Source: Turneriella sp. (GTDB taxonomy: Bacteria > Spirochaetota > Leptospiria > Turneriellales > Turneriellaceae). Taken from it: DNA of 64,000 bases. The number at the start of each line of letters is the position of its first letter. Within the stretch, counting starts at the first letter, position 1. Position numbers and translations under genes: made by a program. Of this stretch, positions 47,060 to 56,148 are shown piece by piece. The notes under the pieces were generated by a model. That model searched no databases. It saw only the letters and a program-made list of their open reading frames with translations, and was not told the origin of the DNA. The stretch lies in assembly GCA_965279515.1 (NCBI GenBank), contig CBDIID010000003.1, forward strand, positions 224,001-288,000, read 5' to 3'.

Positions 47060-47150
47060 GCGATAGAGAAAAATATTTATTCAGTGTGCAAAGTTATAAT
47101 CGGAAATCCCCGAACTGTCGACGCGGTGTTTCGGTTTAAAAATAGGCGTT

Positions 47151-47828
47151 ATGGCAAAAAAAGCAGAATTTCCCGCCCCGTGGCGGCTGACCGGCAGCGG
47201 CGTCATTATTTTTTTCCCTGCACATAAGAAGAACGTGTTGGCATCGCCGGCACTGGGTGCTGATAATGCCGAAAGTTTCCGGGGTGGGGCGGGGGCTGTC
47301 ATGCTGGTGCGTTATCTCGACGCCGATTGCGGTCCCTATGACGAATTGCTCTACATACCGGGCTTTTTCGAACACAAGAACAAGACTTACCTGCGTATTA
47401 CGAAAATTTTTGTTTCCAGCAAAGAATCCGTGGAATGGGGCCGGCGCAACTGGGCGATACCCAAAGAACTCGCGGATTTTGACTGGCGCCAGGGCGAAAA
47501 GGAATGGCATATCGATGTGCGTGAGCCCAAGACCGGGAAAAGTATCTACTCGATTTCACTCTCCCCGCGTTTCTTTGCGTTTCCCCTGACCACATCGATT
47601 CTGCCATGGTCGCTTTTGCAGAAGCAGGAAGAAAAATATTCCGGTGGTGAGGAATTTTACCTGGAGACGAAACTTCAGGGTAAGGGCAGCGCAAAGATCT
47701 GCTTCATCGACCGTGTCGAAGGCTCGCGCGAATTTCCCGACTACCATGAAATGTCTCATGGGCCACGCATCGCTTTTGCCGTGAACCCTTTCGAAATGAC
47801 ATTTCCCGTCGCCCAGAAAATCCGCTAA
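47151..47828 (+). CDS. Acetoacetate decarboxylase family protein
   Basis: PAPWRLTG, YLDADCGPYDELL, GRRNWAIPKELADF. Confidence 0.85.
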   Translation: MAKKAEFPAPWRLTGSGVIIFFPAHKKNVLASPALGADNAESFRGGAGAVMLVRYLDADCGPYDELLYIPGFFEHKNKTYLRITKIFVSSKESVEWGRRNWAIPKELADFDWRQGEKEWHIDVREPKTGKSIYSISLSPRFFAFPLTTSILPWSLLQKQEEKYSGGEEFYLETKLQGKGSAKICFIDRVEGSREFPDYHEMSHGPRIAFAVNPFEMTFPVAQKIR

Positions 47829-47836
47829 CACGTTTG

Positions 47837-48742
47837 ATGCAAACCCGCGGCAGAATCCTGGGGATCGATATCGGTGCCACGACGGTGAAGTACGCGGCCC
47901 TGGATGCAGAGGGCAAATTAGGCCCGCGATCGGTACTGCCGATCGCGGCAGCGAGCAACGCGGATTTTGTCGCCCAGCTCGCCGGCATTATCGCGGAAGC
48001 ATCATTTGTCGATTGCGGCCGTATCGGTATCGGCTCTCCCGGCCCCCTCGATACCGAAGCGGGAACGATTATCGCCTCGGCGAATATGCCCAACGTCAAG
48101 GACTGTAAAGTAGTGCCGGAACTAAAAAAGCTTTTTCCGCAAAAGGAAATCCGCCTCGATAATGATGCCAATGCGGCGACACTCGGCGAGAAATTTTTCG
48201 GCGCAGGCAAGAACATTGCGAACTTTGCGGTGTTCACTCTCGGCACCGGTGTAGGTGGGGGGTGTGTCTATGAACATCAACTCTACCAGGGTTATAACGG
48301 AAATTTTTTTGAAGTCGGTCATATTCCTGTGGCGGGGCTCATGGGGCAGGCGCGGCTTTGCGGCTGCGGTAACCGCGGCTGCCTCGAAACGTATGCCTCT
48401 GCCACCGGGGTTGCGACGAGTTATAAAGAAGCAAAGGGGGAGCTACTCAGTGCGGAAGAGATTGCTCGCCGTGCGCATGCGGGCGATGCCGCCGCGCTCC
48501 ATGCCTATACGCTGGCGGCAAAGGCGCTGGGCATTGCGGCTGCCACGATTACACAGCTCATGAATATTACCGACTTTATTTTTACCGGCGGCATGGCTGC
48601 AGCAGAAGCTTTGCTTAAGCCGGAGATCAAAAAGACCTATCTTGCTCATACTTTTCCGCTGTTTCATCCGCTGATGAAATTCACGTTTACACAGGGCGAC
48701 GAAAATGCGGGTATCTGCGGGGCAGCCGCGCTGTTCCTCTAA
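47837..48742 (+). CDS. ROK family sugar kinase (glucokinase)
   Basis: GIDIGAT, GSPGP, NDANAA, TLGTGVGGG, EVGH, CGCGNRGCLETYAS. Confidence 0.93.
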   Translation: MQTRGRILGIDIGATTVKYAALDAEGKLGPRSVLPIAAASNADFVAQLAGIIAEASFVDCGRIGIGSPGPLDTEAGTIIASANMPNVKDCKVVPELKKLFPQKEIRLDNDANAATLGEKFFGAGKNIANFAVFTLGTGVGGGCVYEHQLYQGYNGNFFEVGHIPVAGLMGQARLCGCGNRGCLETYASATGVATSYKEAKGELLSAEEIARRAHAGDAAALHAYTLAAKALGIAAATITQLMNITDFIFTGGMAAAEALLKPEIKKTYLAHTFPLFHPLMKFTFTQGDENAGICGAAALFL

Positions 48743-48746
48743 CATT

Positions 48747-49199
48747 ATGGAATACATCTTAAATTACTGGATCTGGCTCGGCCTCGGTGTCGTGCTCGTC
48801 ATGCTCGAGTTTTTTATCCCGGGTCTGTTCGTGATATTTCTGGGGCTGGGGGCAGCGATTACCGCGGGCATGCTCTACACACGTTACCTGACCGACGCCT
48901 ATCTCACGGTGATTTTTTTTTCGGTGACTTCGGTCTTCATGCTCATGACGCTGCGCCGCATCGTGCTTCGTTTTTTTCCCTCGCTCAGCGAAAAGTCTGA
49001 AACCGACGAAGATGTGCTGATTGCCGGAAAAAGCGCCGAAACCATCAGTGAAGTTTATCCCGACCATTTTGGCGGCCGCGTCAAATATTCGGGGACGACA
49101 TGGCCGGCAAAAAGTATCGACGAGGTTATTCCCGCCGGTACAAAAGTCGAGATTATCGGCCGCGAAAATATCAACCTGGTTGTGCGTAAAGTTTCATGA
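48747..49199 (+). CDS. NfeD (YbbJ-like) family protein
   Basis: WIWLGLGVVLVMLEFFIPG, GRVKYSGTTWPA, VEIIG. Confidence 0.9.
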   Translation: MEYILNYWIWLGLGVVLVMLEFFIPGLFVIFLGLGAAITAGMLYTRYLTDAYLTVIFFSVTSVFMLMTLRRIVLRFFPSLSEKSETDEDVLIAGKSAETISEVYPDHFGGRVKYSGTTWPAKSIDEVIPAGTKVEIIGRENINLVVRKVS

Positions 49200-49705
49200 T
49201 CCGCGCCGCCGTCTTTGCGAAAATCCGCGGCGCAATATTTGTCGCAGTATTTCTTATTATTCCCCTGGGGAAATCTCCCTATGCCCTCAAGGCGCTCAGT
49301 GAAAACCTGCGCTGCGATGTGCATTTTTTCGAGGCGCACTTTAACTACCCGCCCGGTTACGACAAAAAAAGGGACCAGTGGCTGATGAGCGAAGACATGC
49401 ACAAGGTTTTCACCAAGGCCCCCCTGTCTTCATACGCCTACTTTAAGAAACTCGAAACCGCGCGCTGGCAGCTGACGCTGCTGAAACCCATGCGGCAACA
49501 GCTGCCGTTTCTTGCGCGCTATGAACTGACTTATCTTGAGGCGCGGCTGACGAGTTCAGGCCAGGCGCTCTACCGGTTTGAGCACAAGGTCGGTCACCGC
49601 AAGAGCGTCGAGTTTTCGCTCGATGCTCTCGAGCCTACGGGTATCTTCATTCAACATGCAATTACGCATGACCAGTTTTTGCATTTGACGTGCTCGCCCG
49701 AATAG
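49196..49705 (+). CDS. Hypothetical protein (N-terminal TM or signal)
   Basis: ATGA overlap with nfeD; fills the gap to the first SPFH gene. Confidence 0.6.
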   Translation: MIRAAVFAKIRGAIFVAVFLIIPLGKSPYALKALSENLRCDVHFFEAHFNYPPGYDKKRDQWLMSEDMHKVFTKAPLSSYAYFKKLETARWQLTLLKPMRQQLPFLARYELTYLEARLTSSGQALYRFEHKVGHRKSVEFSLDALEPTGIFIQHAITHDQFLHLTCSPE

Positions 49706-49718
49706 CCAAGGGAGCGTT

Positions 49719-50648
49719 ATGGAAAATTTTATCACGCCGGGCATTTTTGTCCTGTTCATTCTTTTCCTGAGGATGTTCCGCGTGATACCCATGCGCTCGC
49801 TCGCGACCAAGGAACGGCTGGGCGCGTTTAAGGGAGTGCTGAAACCCGGCTTCCATTTTATCGTTCCGTTTATCGACCGCATCTCTTATGTGCACGACGC
49901 GCGCGAACAGGTCATTGATATTCCCAAACAGCGCTGCATCACGCGCGACAACGTCGAGATCGACGTCGATGGCATTGTCTACCTCAAGGTCACCGATGCG
50001 CAGAAGGCCAGCTACGGTATTGGTAATTACCACGCCGCGGTAATTTCCCTCGCACAGACCACGATGCGCTCCGAAATCGGCAAATTGGCGCTCGACGATA
50101 CTTTCCGTGAGCGCGACAAAGTAAATGAGAAGATCGTGCACGAAATCGACAAGGCCTCTGAGCCGTGGGGGATCAAATTCATCCGCTATGAAATACGCTC
50201 GCTCGACCCGTCGGCGAATATGCTGAATACCATGGAAAAACAGATGGAAGCGGAGCGCACCAAGCGCGCCGATATCACGCTGGCGCAGGGTGAAAAACAG
50301 GCGCGCATCAACGTTTCGGAGGGTGAAAAACAAGCTGCCATCAATCTTTCAGAAGGTGAAAAACAGAAGCGCATCAATGAAGCTGAAGGCAAGAGCCGTG
50401 AAATAACGCTCGTCGCCGATGCGTCGGCGATGGGGCTTAAACGTATCGCCGAGGCAATACAGAAGCCCGGGGGCGAGAGCGCCGTGAAGATGCGCATTGT
50501 CGAACAGTTTCTGGAAGAATTCGGCAAAGTCGTTTCGCATGCTAAAATCTCCGTGGTGCCGGGTAAAATCGCGGAGTTGCAGGCCTATTTTCAGGGCCTG
50601 ACGACATTAACTCATGCGGGCGATGCTCCTAAAAGGGTAGAGAAATGA
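49719..50648 (+). CDS. SPFH/band 7 (paraslipin/QmcA-like) protein
   Basis: ERLG, PFIDR, ITRDNV..VDG, LAQTTMRSEIG, EGEKQ 11-aa repeats. Confidence 0.93.
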   Translation: MENFITPGIFVLFILFLRMFRVIPMRSLATKERLGAFKGVLKPGFHFIVPFIDRISYVHDAREQVIDIPKQRCITRDNVEIDVDGIVYLKVTDAQKASYGIGNYHAAVISLAQTTMRSEIGKLALDDTFRERDKVNEKIVHEIDKASEPWGIKFIRYEIRSLDPSANMLNTMEKQMEAERTKRADITLAQGEKQARINVSEGEKQAAINLSEGEKQKRINEAEGKSREITLVADASAMGLKRIAEAIQKPGGESAVKMRIVEQFLEEFGKVVSHAKISVVPGKIAELQAYFQGLTTLTHAGDAPKRVEK

Positions 50649-51556
50649 ACTATATCAATATTGCCGTCTGGGGCATTCTCTTACTTTATTTTCTCATAAA
50701 ACTCGTCGCTTCGGTGCGCATCATTCCCCCCCGCGTCGCGGCGGTTGTAGAACGGCTGGGTAAGTATCACAAAACCCTGCTCAGCGGTTTTCACGTGCTT
50801 CTTCCCTTCATCGATAAGGTCACGTTCATTCAGGATCTCAAAGAAGAAGCAATTCCGGTGCCGCCGCAGGATTGTTTTACCCACGACAACGTCAAAGTCG
50901 AGGTCGATGGCGTGATCTATATGATGGTGACAGACCCGGTGCTCGCCAGCTACGGAGTCACAGACTTCAGGCTTGCATCGATTCAGCTGGCACAAACGAC
51001 GATCCGCTCGGTGATGGGTACGCTCGAACTCGACCGCACATTTGAGGAGCGCGAAGTCATCAACCAGAAGATCGTCAGCGTCCTTTCAGAAGTGGGACAA
51101 ACCTGGGGCATACGTGTCTTGCGTTACGAGATCAAGAATATTGTGCCGCCGGTTTCGGTCAAAAATGCCATGGAGCGGCAAATGACTGCCGAGCGCGAAC
51201 GCCGCGCTGTGATCGCACGCAGCGAAGGCGACATGCAATCAAAGATCAACAGCTCCGAAGGTCTCAAGGCCGAGCTTGTCAACAGGTCTGAAGGTGAAAA
51301 ACAACGCCGCATCAACGAAGCCGAAGGGCGCGCAAAAGAGATCGAGGCGCTCGCCACGGCGACTGCGCAGGCGATTGAAACCGTGGCAGCCGCCGTCAAA
51401 ACACCGGGTGGCGATCAGGCGATGTCGCTGCGCCTAACGGAATCGTATCTGAGTAAACTTTCGGGCCTGGCCCGTAAAGACGCGACGGTGATTCTGCCTT
51501 CGGATCTCACGCGCCTTGATGAACAGCTGGCGGCATTGGGTCTGAAAAAACCATGA
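50645..51556 (+). CDS. SPFH/band 7 protein (second paralog)
   Basis: VVERLGKY, PFIDK, THDNVKVEVDG, LAQTTIRS, QMTAERERR. Confidence 0.93.
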   Translation: MNYINIAVWGILLLYFLIKLVASVRIIPPRVAAVVERLGKYHKTLLSGFHVLLPFIDKVTFIQDLKEEAIPVPPQDCFTHDNVKVEVDGVIYMMVTDPVLASYGVTDFRLASIQLAQTTIRSVMGTLELDRTFEEREVINQKIVSVLSEVGQTWGIRVLRYEIKNIVPPVSVKNAMERQMTAERERRAVIARSEGDMQSKINSSEGLKAELVNRSEGEKQRRINEAEGRAKEIEALATATAQAIETVAAAVKTPGGDQAMSLRLTESYLSKLSGLARKDATVILPSDLTRLDEQLAALGLKKP

Positions 51557-52065
51557 AAGAAAAAACCGTTGCGCAGCAGGTAACGCAGGATTTATTGCAG
51601 TGGTCGGTGCCACGCCTGATTGGCGCGGGTTATGGCCTGTTTTCAAAAAAGGCAGCGAACCCGCGTTGGCCTGAGTTTATTATCACGGCGATTGTCCTCA
51701 AAAAATACCGCGAAAAGGGTTCGTTCTGGTTTATGATTCGCCACGCCACGAAGGGCATGCGCAAGCATGAAATAGTTGCGGGAGAAACCAAGGCGATTCT
51801 CGCAAAGCTGATCGGTTCAAAGCCCGCCGACCTGCACCGCCTTTCAGGCATCTACCGCGGCGTGATGGCCGAGAAGGGGCCGGCGGTGGCGACCGCAGTC
51901 ATCGTAGAAATTATCCGCATCAGCAACATCAAGCGCACGCAGAACAAAAGCTGGCTGCGGCGCGAAGTAACGCCGGCTCCCTTAGTTAAGCCAGCGCATA
52001 AGAAGGCGGAGAAACGTCCCCATCACAAACGCAAGGTCCATAAAAAAACTCAATCCCACCATTAG
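51553..52065 (+). CDS. Hypothetical basic protein with a Lys/His-rich tail
   Basis: Start overlaps the SPFH stop; ends HKKAEKRPHHKRKVHKKTQSHH. Confidence 0.6.
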   Translation: MKEKTVAQQVTQDLLQWSVPRLIGAGYGLFSKKAANPRWPEFIITAIVLKKYREKGSFWFMIRHATKGMRKHEIVAGETKAILAKLIGSKPADLHRLSGIYRGVMAEKGPAVATAVIVEIIRISNIKRTQNKSWLRREVTPAPLVKPAHKKAEKRPHHKRKVHKKTQSHH

Positions 52066-52073
52066 GAGAAAAC

Positions 52074-53099
52074 ATGAAAGCAATACCGATTCGCCGCGCA
52101 ACCGATGCCGATTCACTGAAGATCGAAGAATGGCCGACGCCTAAGCCAGCACCCTATGAAATCTTGATTCAGGTAAAGGCCTTTGGTCTCAACTTCGCCG
52201 ATATTGTCGCGCGTAAGGGGCAATACAATGACGCGCCGAAATTTCCGTTCGTGCCGGGTTATGAAGTCGCGGGGATTGTCACCGAGGTCGGCGCGCAGGT
52301 GAAGAGTTTCAAGGCCGGCGACGAGGTACTTGCGCTGACGAATTTTTTCGGTTATGCAGAATTCGCGGTGGCCGATGAGCGGGCGGCTGTCAAGAAACCG
52401 AAAGCCCTGGCTTTTGCCGATGCGGCATCGATTCCTGTGAACTTTCTCACAGCCTATCACTCGCTCTTTGAAACGGGTACGCTGATGAAAAACGCCAAGG
52501 TGTTGATCCACGCGGGCGCGGGCGGTGTCGGTCTGGCGGCGATTCAGATGGCGAAGAACCATGGCTGCACGGTTTTTGCCACAGCCGGTTCTGAGAAGAA
52601 ACTCGAACTTTTGCGCCAGTACGGCGTGGATCATCCGATCAACTACCAAAAGACAGACTTTGAGCGCGAAGTGCTGCGCCTCAATGGCGGCCAGAAGATC
52701 GACGTGGTTCTCGACTCTGTGGGCGGCTCGTATTTTAAGAAGGATCTCAACATCATCAGGCCCCATGGCCGCGTTGTGGGCTTTGGCGCCGCGGCACTCT
52801 CTGACCGCAATATCTTTTCGCTGCCCACGCTGATTCCGCAGGTGATCAGCATGGTGACGCTGTCGATGATCGACCTGATGCTCAACAGCAAGGGGTTTTA
52901 CGGTGTGAACATGCTGCGCGTCGCCAAGGAGAATCCCGAACTGTTAAATCACGAGCTCGAAAAAGTTATGGAAATGTTTGCCGATAAAAAACTCAAAACC
53001 GTGATTTCACGGCAGCTGTCCTGGCACCAGATCGGCGAAGCGCACCACCTGCTCGAGAGCCGGGCGTCGACGGGCAAAATCGTACTGATGGTAGATTAG
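52074..53099 (+). CDS. MDR-family NADPH:quinone oxidoreductase (VAT-1-like)
   Basis: GLNFAD, VPGYEVAG, IHAGAGGVG, STGKIVL; AGGAG RBS. Confidence 0.92.
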   Translation: MKAIPIRRATDADSLKIEEWPTPKPAPYEILIQVKAFGLNFADIVARKGQYNDAPKFPFVPGYEVAGIVTEVGAQVKSFKAGDEVLALTNFFGYAEFAVADERAAVKKPKALAFADAASIPVNFLTAYHSLFETGTLMKNAKVLIHAGAGGVGLAAIQMAKNHGCTVFATAGSEKKLELLRQYGVDHPINYQKTDFEREVLRLNGGQKIDVVLDSVGGSYFKKDLNIIRPHGRVVGFGAAALSDRNIFSLPTLIPQVISMVTLSMIDLMLNSKGFYGVNMLRVAKENPELLNHELEKVMEMFADKKLKTVISRQLSWHQIGEAHHLLESRASTGKIVLMVD

Positions 53100-53149
53100 G
53101 TCACAGGGGACTGGATTGATTGACGCTCTGAATTGAAGGTCCCAATCGA

Positions 53150-53270
53150 CCCACAGGGAACAGGCGACAGCGCCCGTTTTCAAAGAGGAAGTCCGGTGAA
53201 ATTCCGGCGCTGACCCGCAACCGTATAGCCGGGAACTCTTGCCGACCCACCCCGAGGATACGGGTGTCTT
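53150..53270 (+). ncRNA. Cobalamin riboswitch (compact; boundaries approximate)
   Basis: AAGAGGAAGT-CCGG-TGAAATT-CCGG-CGCTGACCCGCAACCGTA followed by AGCCGGGAACT (B12-box-like) and a CACCC-loop-GGGTG hairpin; lies upstream of a TonB-receptor operon. Confidence 0.88.
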
Positions 53271-53331
53271 GGCGAAACGCCTTTGAAAAATCTTTCATTT
53301 CACAGGCCAGCGGGCTCCTTTAGGAGCACAT

Positions 53332-54159
53332 ATGCGGATATTTAAAATCCTGAGTTTTTCGATCTTGCCGTTTTTTCTTTTTTGTGCACAGATCGGCAAA
53401 GAATCCCTGGGCACGGCCAACAACACAGTCACGGCACCCAATGCCACGGCGCAGGCAGGGGTATACCTCGCAGATACCGTCACCGAAGCCCCAGGGCATA
53501 CCGGTTCCGGTTTTTATGATAAGTCAAAAGCCGTCAATGGCGTTCGCGGATCCGGAACGGCATCGGGCGGCTTAGATGTGTTTTCGCTCGATAATACAGG
53601 CGCTTCCTCACACATCGTGCTCAGCTGGTCCGGCAGAAAAATCAAGAACGATGCGGGCGCGGATTTCATCGTCTACGAAAATCCTTTTTATTCGGGGGGC
53701 AATGCCTCGCTGCGTTTCATGGATCTCATTTTTGTCGAGGTTTCCAACGACAATATCAGCTATTGCGGTTTTGCGCCGGACTTTACCGGCGTTCCGGAAA
53801 GCACATATTCGATGAACCCGGCGCTTTGGCCGCGTTTTGCCGGGCGTGTTCCTGTACGCTATAATGTCGAAACGAATAATCTTTCGGTCAGCGATCTCTT
53901 CCAGGACAACGATGCTGACGGAGAGCCCGACCTGGGCGGCGGCGACGCATTTAATCTCGATGATCTTTCCAATGACAACTACTACAATACGGGATGCACA
54001 ACGCCGCTGCGCGATGACCTGAGAAGTAATGGTTTTCGTTATTTACGCCTGGTACCTGCGGGCCGGCGGATTAACCCCGGTACGGGTTCTGTGTTTGTGG
54101 TCGACGGAGTCTCCTTCGGGCCTGACATCGATGGCGTCGCGGCGCGCTACGTAGAGTAG
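53332..54159 (+). CDS. Surface lipoprotein, putative cobamide-binding (BtuH-like motif set)
   Basis: Spirochete-type lipobox FFLFC; DFIVYENPF, VEVSND, GGDAFNLDDL, FRYLRL, DIDGV. Confidence 0.7.
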   Translation: MRIFKILSFSILPFFLFCAQIGKESLGTANNTVTAPNATAQAGVYLADTVTEAPGHTGSGFYDKSKAVNGVRGSGTASGGLDVFSLDNTGASSHIVLSWSGRKIKNDAGADFIVYENPFYSGGNASLRFMDLIFVEVSNDNISYCGFAPDFTGVPESTYSMNPALWPRFAGRVPVRYNVETNNLSVSDLFQDNDADGEPDLGGGDAFNLDDLSNDNYYNTGCTTPLRDDLRSNGFRYLRLVPAGRRINPGTGSVFVVDGVSFGPDIDGVAARYVE

Positions 54160-54160
54160 T

Positions 54161-56146
54161 TTGCCCTGCCTCCGTATCTTTTTCCTGTTGGGCTTCGGCG
54201 CGCTGCTGCCCGCTGTTGCAGATGATGCGCCGGTGCTGAAAAAATCACGCCGGCCGATACGGCTCATCTCGCGCAGCGACATTCGCTCCGCCGGGAACTA
54301 CCGCGAAGTACCGCTTGCCGACGCCCCCGAAGCCGCACTCTCTGAACGCGCCTCGGATGTTTTGCAGAAGCAGACGGGTATACAGGTCAACCGCGCCGGA
54401 GCGCCGGGAACGCAGAGCCTTCTCGGCGTGCGCGGCTCGAGCCCCGAGCAGGTGGAATATTTCCTGGAAGGCATGCCGATTCCAAAACCCTACAATGCGC
54501 CGCTGAATCTCGAAACCTTACCGCTGCCGCTGTTTCAATCCGTCGAAATATTTCCTTCCTTCATACCTTCGCATCTGCCAGCGGTCAATATCGGCGGCGC
54601 CATGAATTTTCGCCTGCGCGAAATGCAGGAAAATGAAATTAACTATCTCACGCAAAGCACGGCCAACAGCCTGTTGGGAAATTCCATCGCCATGGCGCGC
54701 ATTACCCAAAATTCGCTGCATTTTTTGAATTTCGAACAGAGCCGTAACCGCTATAGTTACTCCAACAATAATGGCACCACCGAAAATACCAGCGATGACC
54801 GCACCGAGCTGCGTCAAAATGAGGATTTCACGCGTCTGGGTTATACCGGTTTCACAAGGTTAAAGCTCGCTGAGTGGAAACTTGCGGCACTCGTGGATCT
54901 CAATCATTCCGACCGCGGCCTGCCAGGGGTGGAGAACCAGCCACTGAATGCGGTGCGGAAAACCGATGACCGCCTTTCGGCCGCGGTTTCAGGGTGCAGA
55001 AATTTTAGCGAGAGCCAGAGTATTACACTCTTCACCTCGCTGACCCTCGACCGTTCGGAAATTTACGACCCCAACCGCGAGCTGATCTTTGCGCTGAAAG
55101 AAAAATCTCAGTCGCCACAGATGCTTGCAGGTGCATCGTACGGTTTTCGCACCGACACCTTCGACCTGGGTATTCACGCGCGCGGAAAATACCAAACGAT
55201 CATTCTCAATGATGCCCGCATCGCCGAACGCGGCGAGGGGCAGGGCGCGGTCAACGCCGCGTATGACAGAAATCTGTTTCGCCTTGCCGCGCAAAGCAGC
55301 GCCACGTTGGGGCAGGACTATGCCGGAGAAAATGCCTTCTATGCTTCGGCCGCGAAGACGTTTCAGCAGCAGGGGGCCAGCGTGTCGGGGCTCGCGGCAA
55401 TACGGCCGCTGCAGTTCTTGGGCAACGACCAGGGCAAGAGCAACCAGGACAAACTGCTCGAAATCTACGGGCAGGTTTCATCTACCTACCGCGCCCCATC
55501 GCTCTATGAGCGTTTTGGCGACAATGTTTTTGTGACGCCTTCGGAAAACCTGCGCAGCGAACAGGCGCTGACAAATGCGGGTGGCATAAAAGGTTCGTTT
55601 CCGTGTTTTTTGTCGGTCGTCTGTTCGCTGCGCTCCGAGGCATGGCTGACCGGGGCGCGTGATTATATTCTTTTCACACAAAATTCAGCGCGCTCGATGA
55701 TTGCCGTCAATGCCTCCAGCGCGCAGATCTGGGGTATTGAGAACGAGGCGCTCTTTAACTGGCCGGAGCGCTTTCTGTTATCGCTGCGTTATACATATCT
55801 GGACGCCCGCGATTTCGGCAATATCCCGTATTACCAGGGGAATTATTTACCCCTGAGGCCCCGTCACCATGCTGTGGCAACGCTGACGCTATATTACAAC
55901 GCATTTCGTTTTATCACGACTGCCGAATACCGCGGTGCGATTTTCCGGGACCGTTATAACAGCTATTCGTATTACCTGCAGTCGAAAATTCTGGTGGACG
56001 CGGGTGTGGATTACATCGTGGAGAAATCGGCGAAGCACACATTTAATTTTACCGTGAAAAACATCACAGACAACCGCGATGTAGATCTCATCGGCTACAC
56101 GGTGCCCGGGCGGTATTTCCTTCTGAAATGGACGGCGCAGTTTTAG
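54161..56146 (+). CDS. TonB-dependent receptor, probably for cobalamin (BtuB-like)
   Basis: Plug GVRGSSPEQV..LEGMP; YRAPSLYERFG; VKNITD; PGRYF; terminal Phe; under a B12 riboswitch. Confidence 0.88.
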   Translation: MPCLRIFFLLGFGALLPAVADDAPVLKKSRRPIRLISRSDIRSAGNYREVPLADAPEAALSERASDVLQKQTGIQVNRAGAPGTQSLLGVRGSSPEQVEYFLEGMPIPKPYNAPLNLETLPLPLFQSVEIFPSFIPSHLPAVNIGGAMNFRLREMQENEINYLTQSTANSLLGNSIAMARITQNSLHFLNFEQSRNRYSYSNNNGTTENTSDDRTELRQNEDFTRLGYTGFTRLKLAEWKLAALVDLNHSDRGLPGVENQPLNAVRKTDDRLSAAVSGCRNFSESQSITLFTSLTLDRSEIYDPNRELIFALKEKSQSPQMLAGASYGFRTDTFDLGIHARGKYQTIILNDARIAERGEGQGAVNAAYDRNLFRLAAQSSATLGQDYAGENAFYASAAKTFQQQGASVSGLAAIRPLQFLGNDQGKSNQDKLLEIYGQVSSTYRAPSLYERFGDNVFVTPSENLRSEQALTNAGGIKGSFPCFLSVVCSLRSEAWLTGARDYILFTQNSARSMIAVNASSAQIWGIENEALFNWPERFLLSLRYTYLDARDFGNIPYYQGNYLPLRPRHHAVATLTLYYNAFRFITTAEYRGAIFRDRYNSYSYYLQSKILVDAGVDYIVEKSAKHTFNFTVKNITDNRDVDLIGYTVPGRYFLLKWTAQF

Positions 56147-56148
56147 CG

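Noticed and set aside
50270..50395. 33-nt quasi-tandem repeats (GGTGAAAAACA) in the SPFH gene
   Set aside because: They encode the usual 11-residue coiled-coil repeats of SPFH proteins; not CRISPR or a VNTR.
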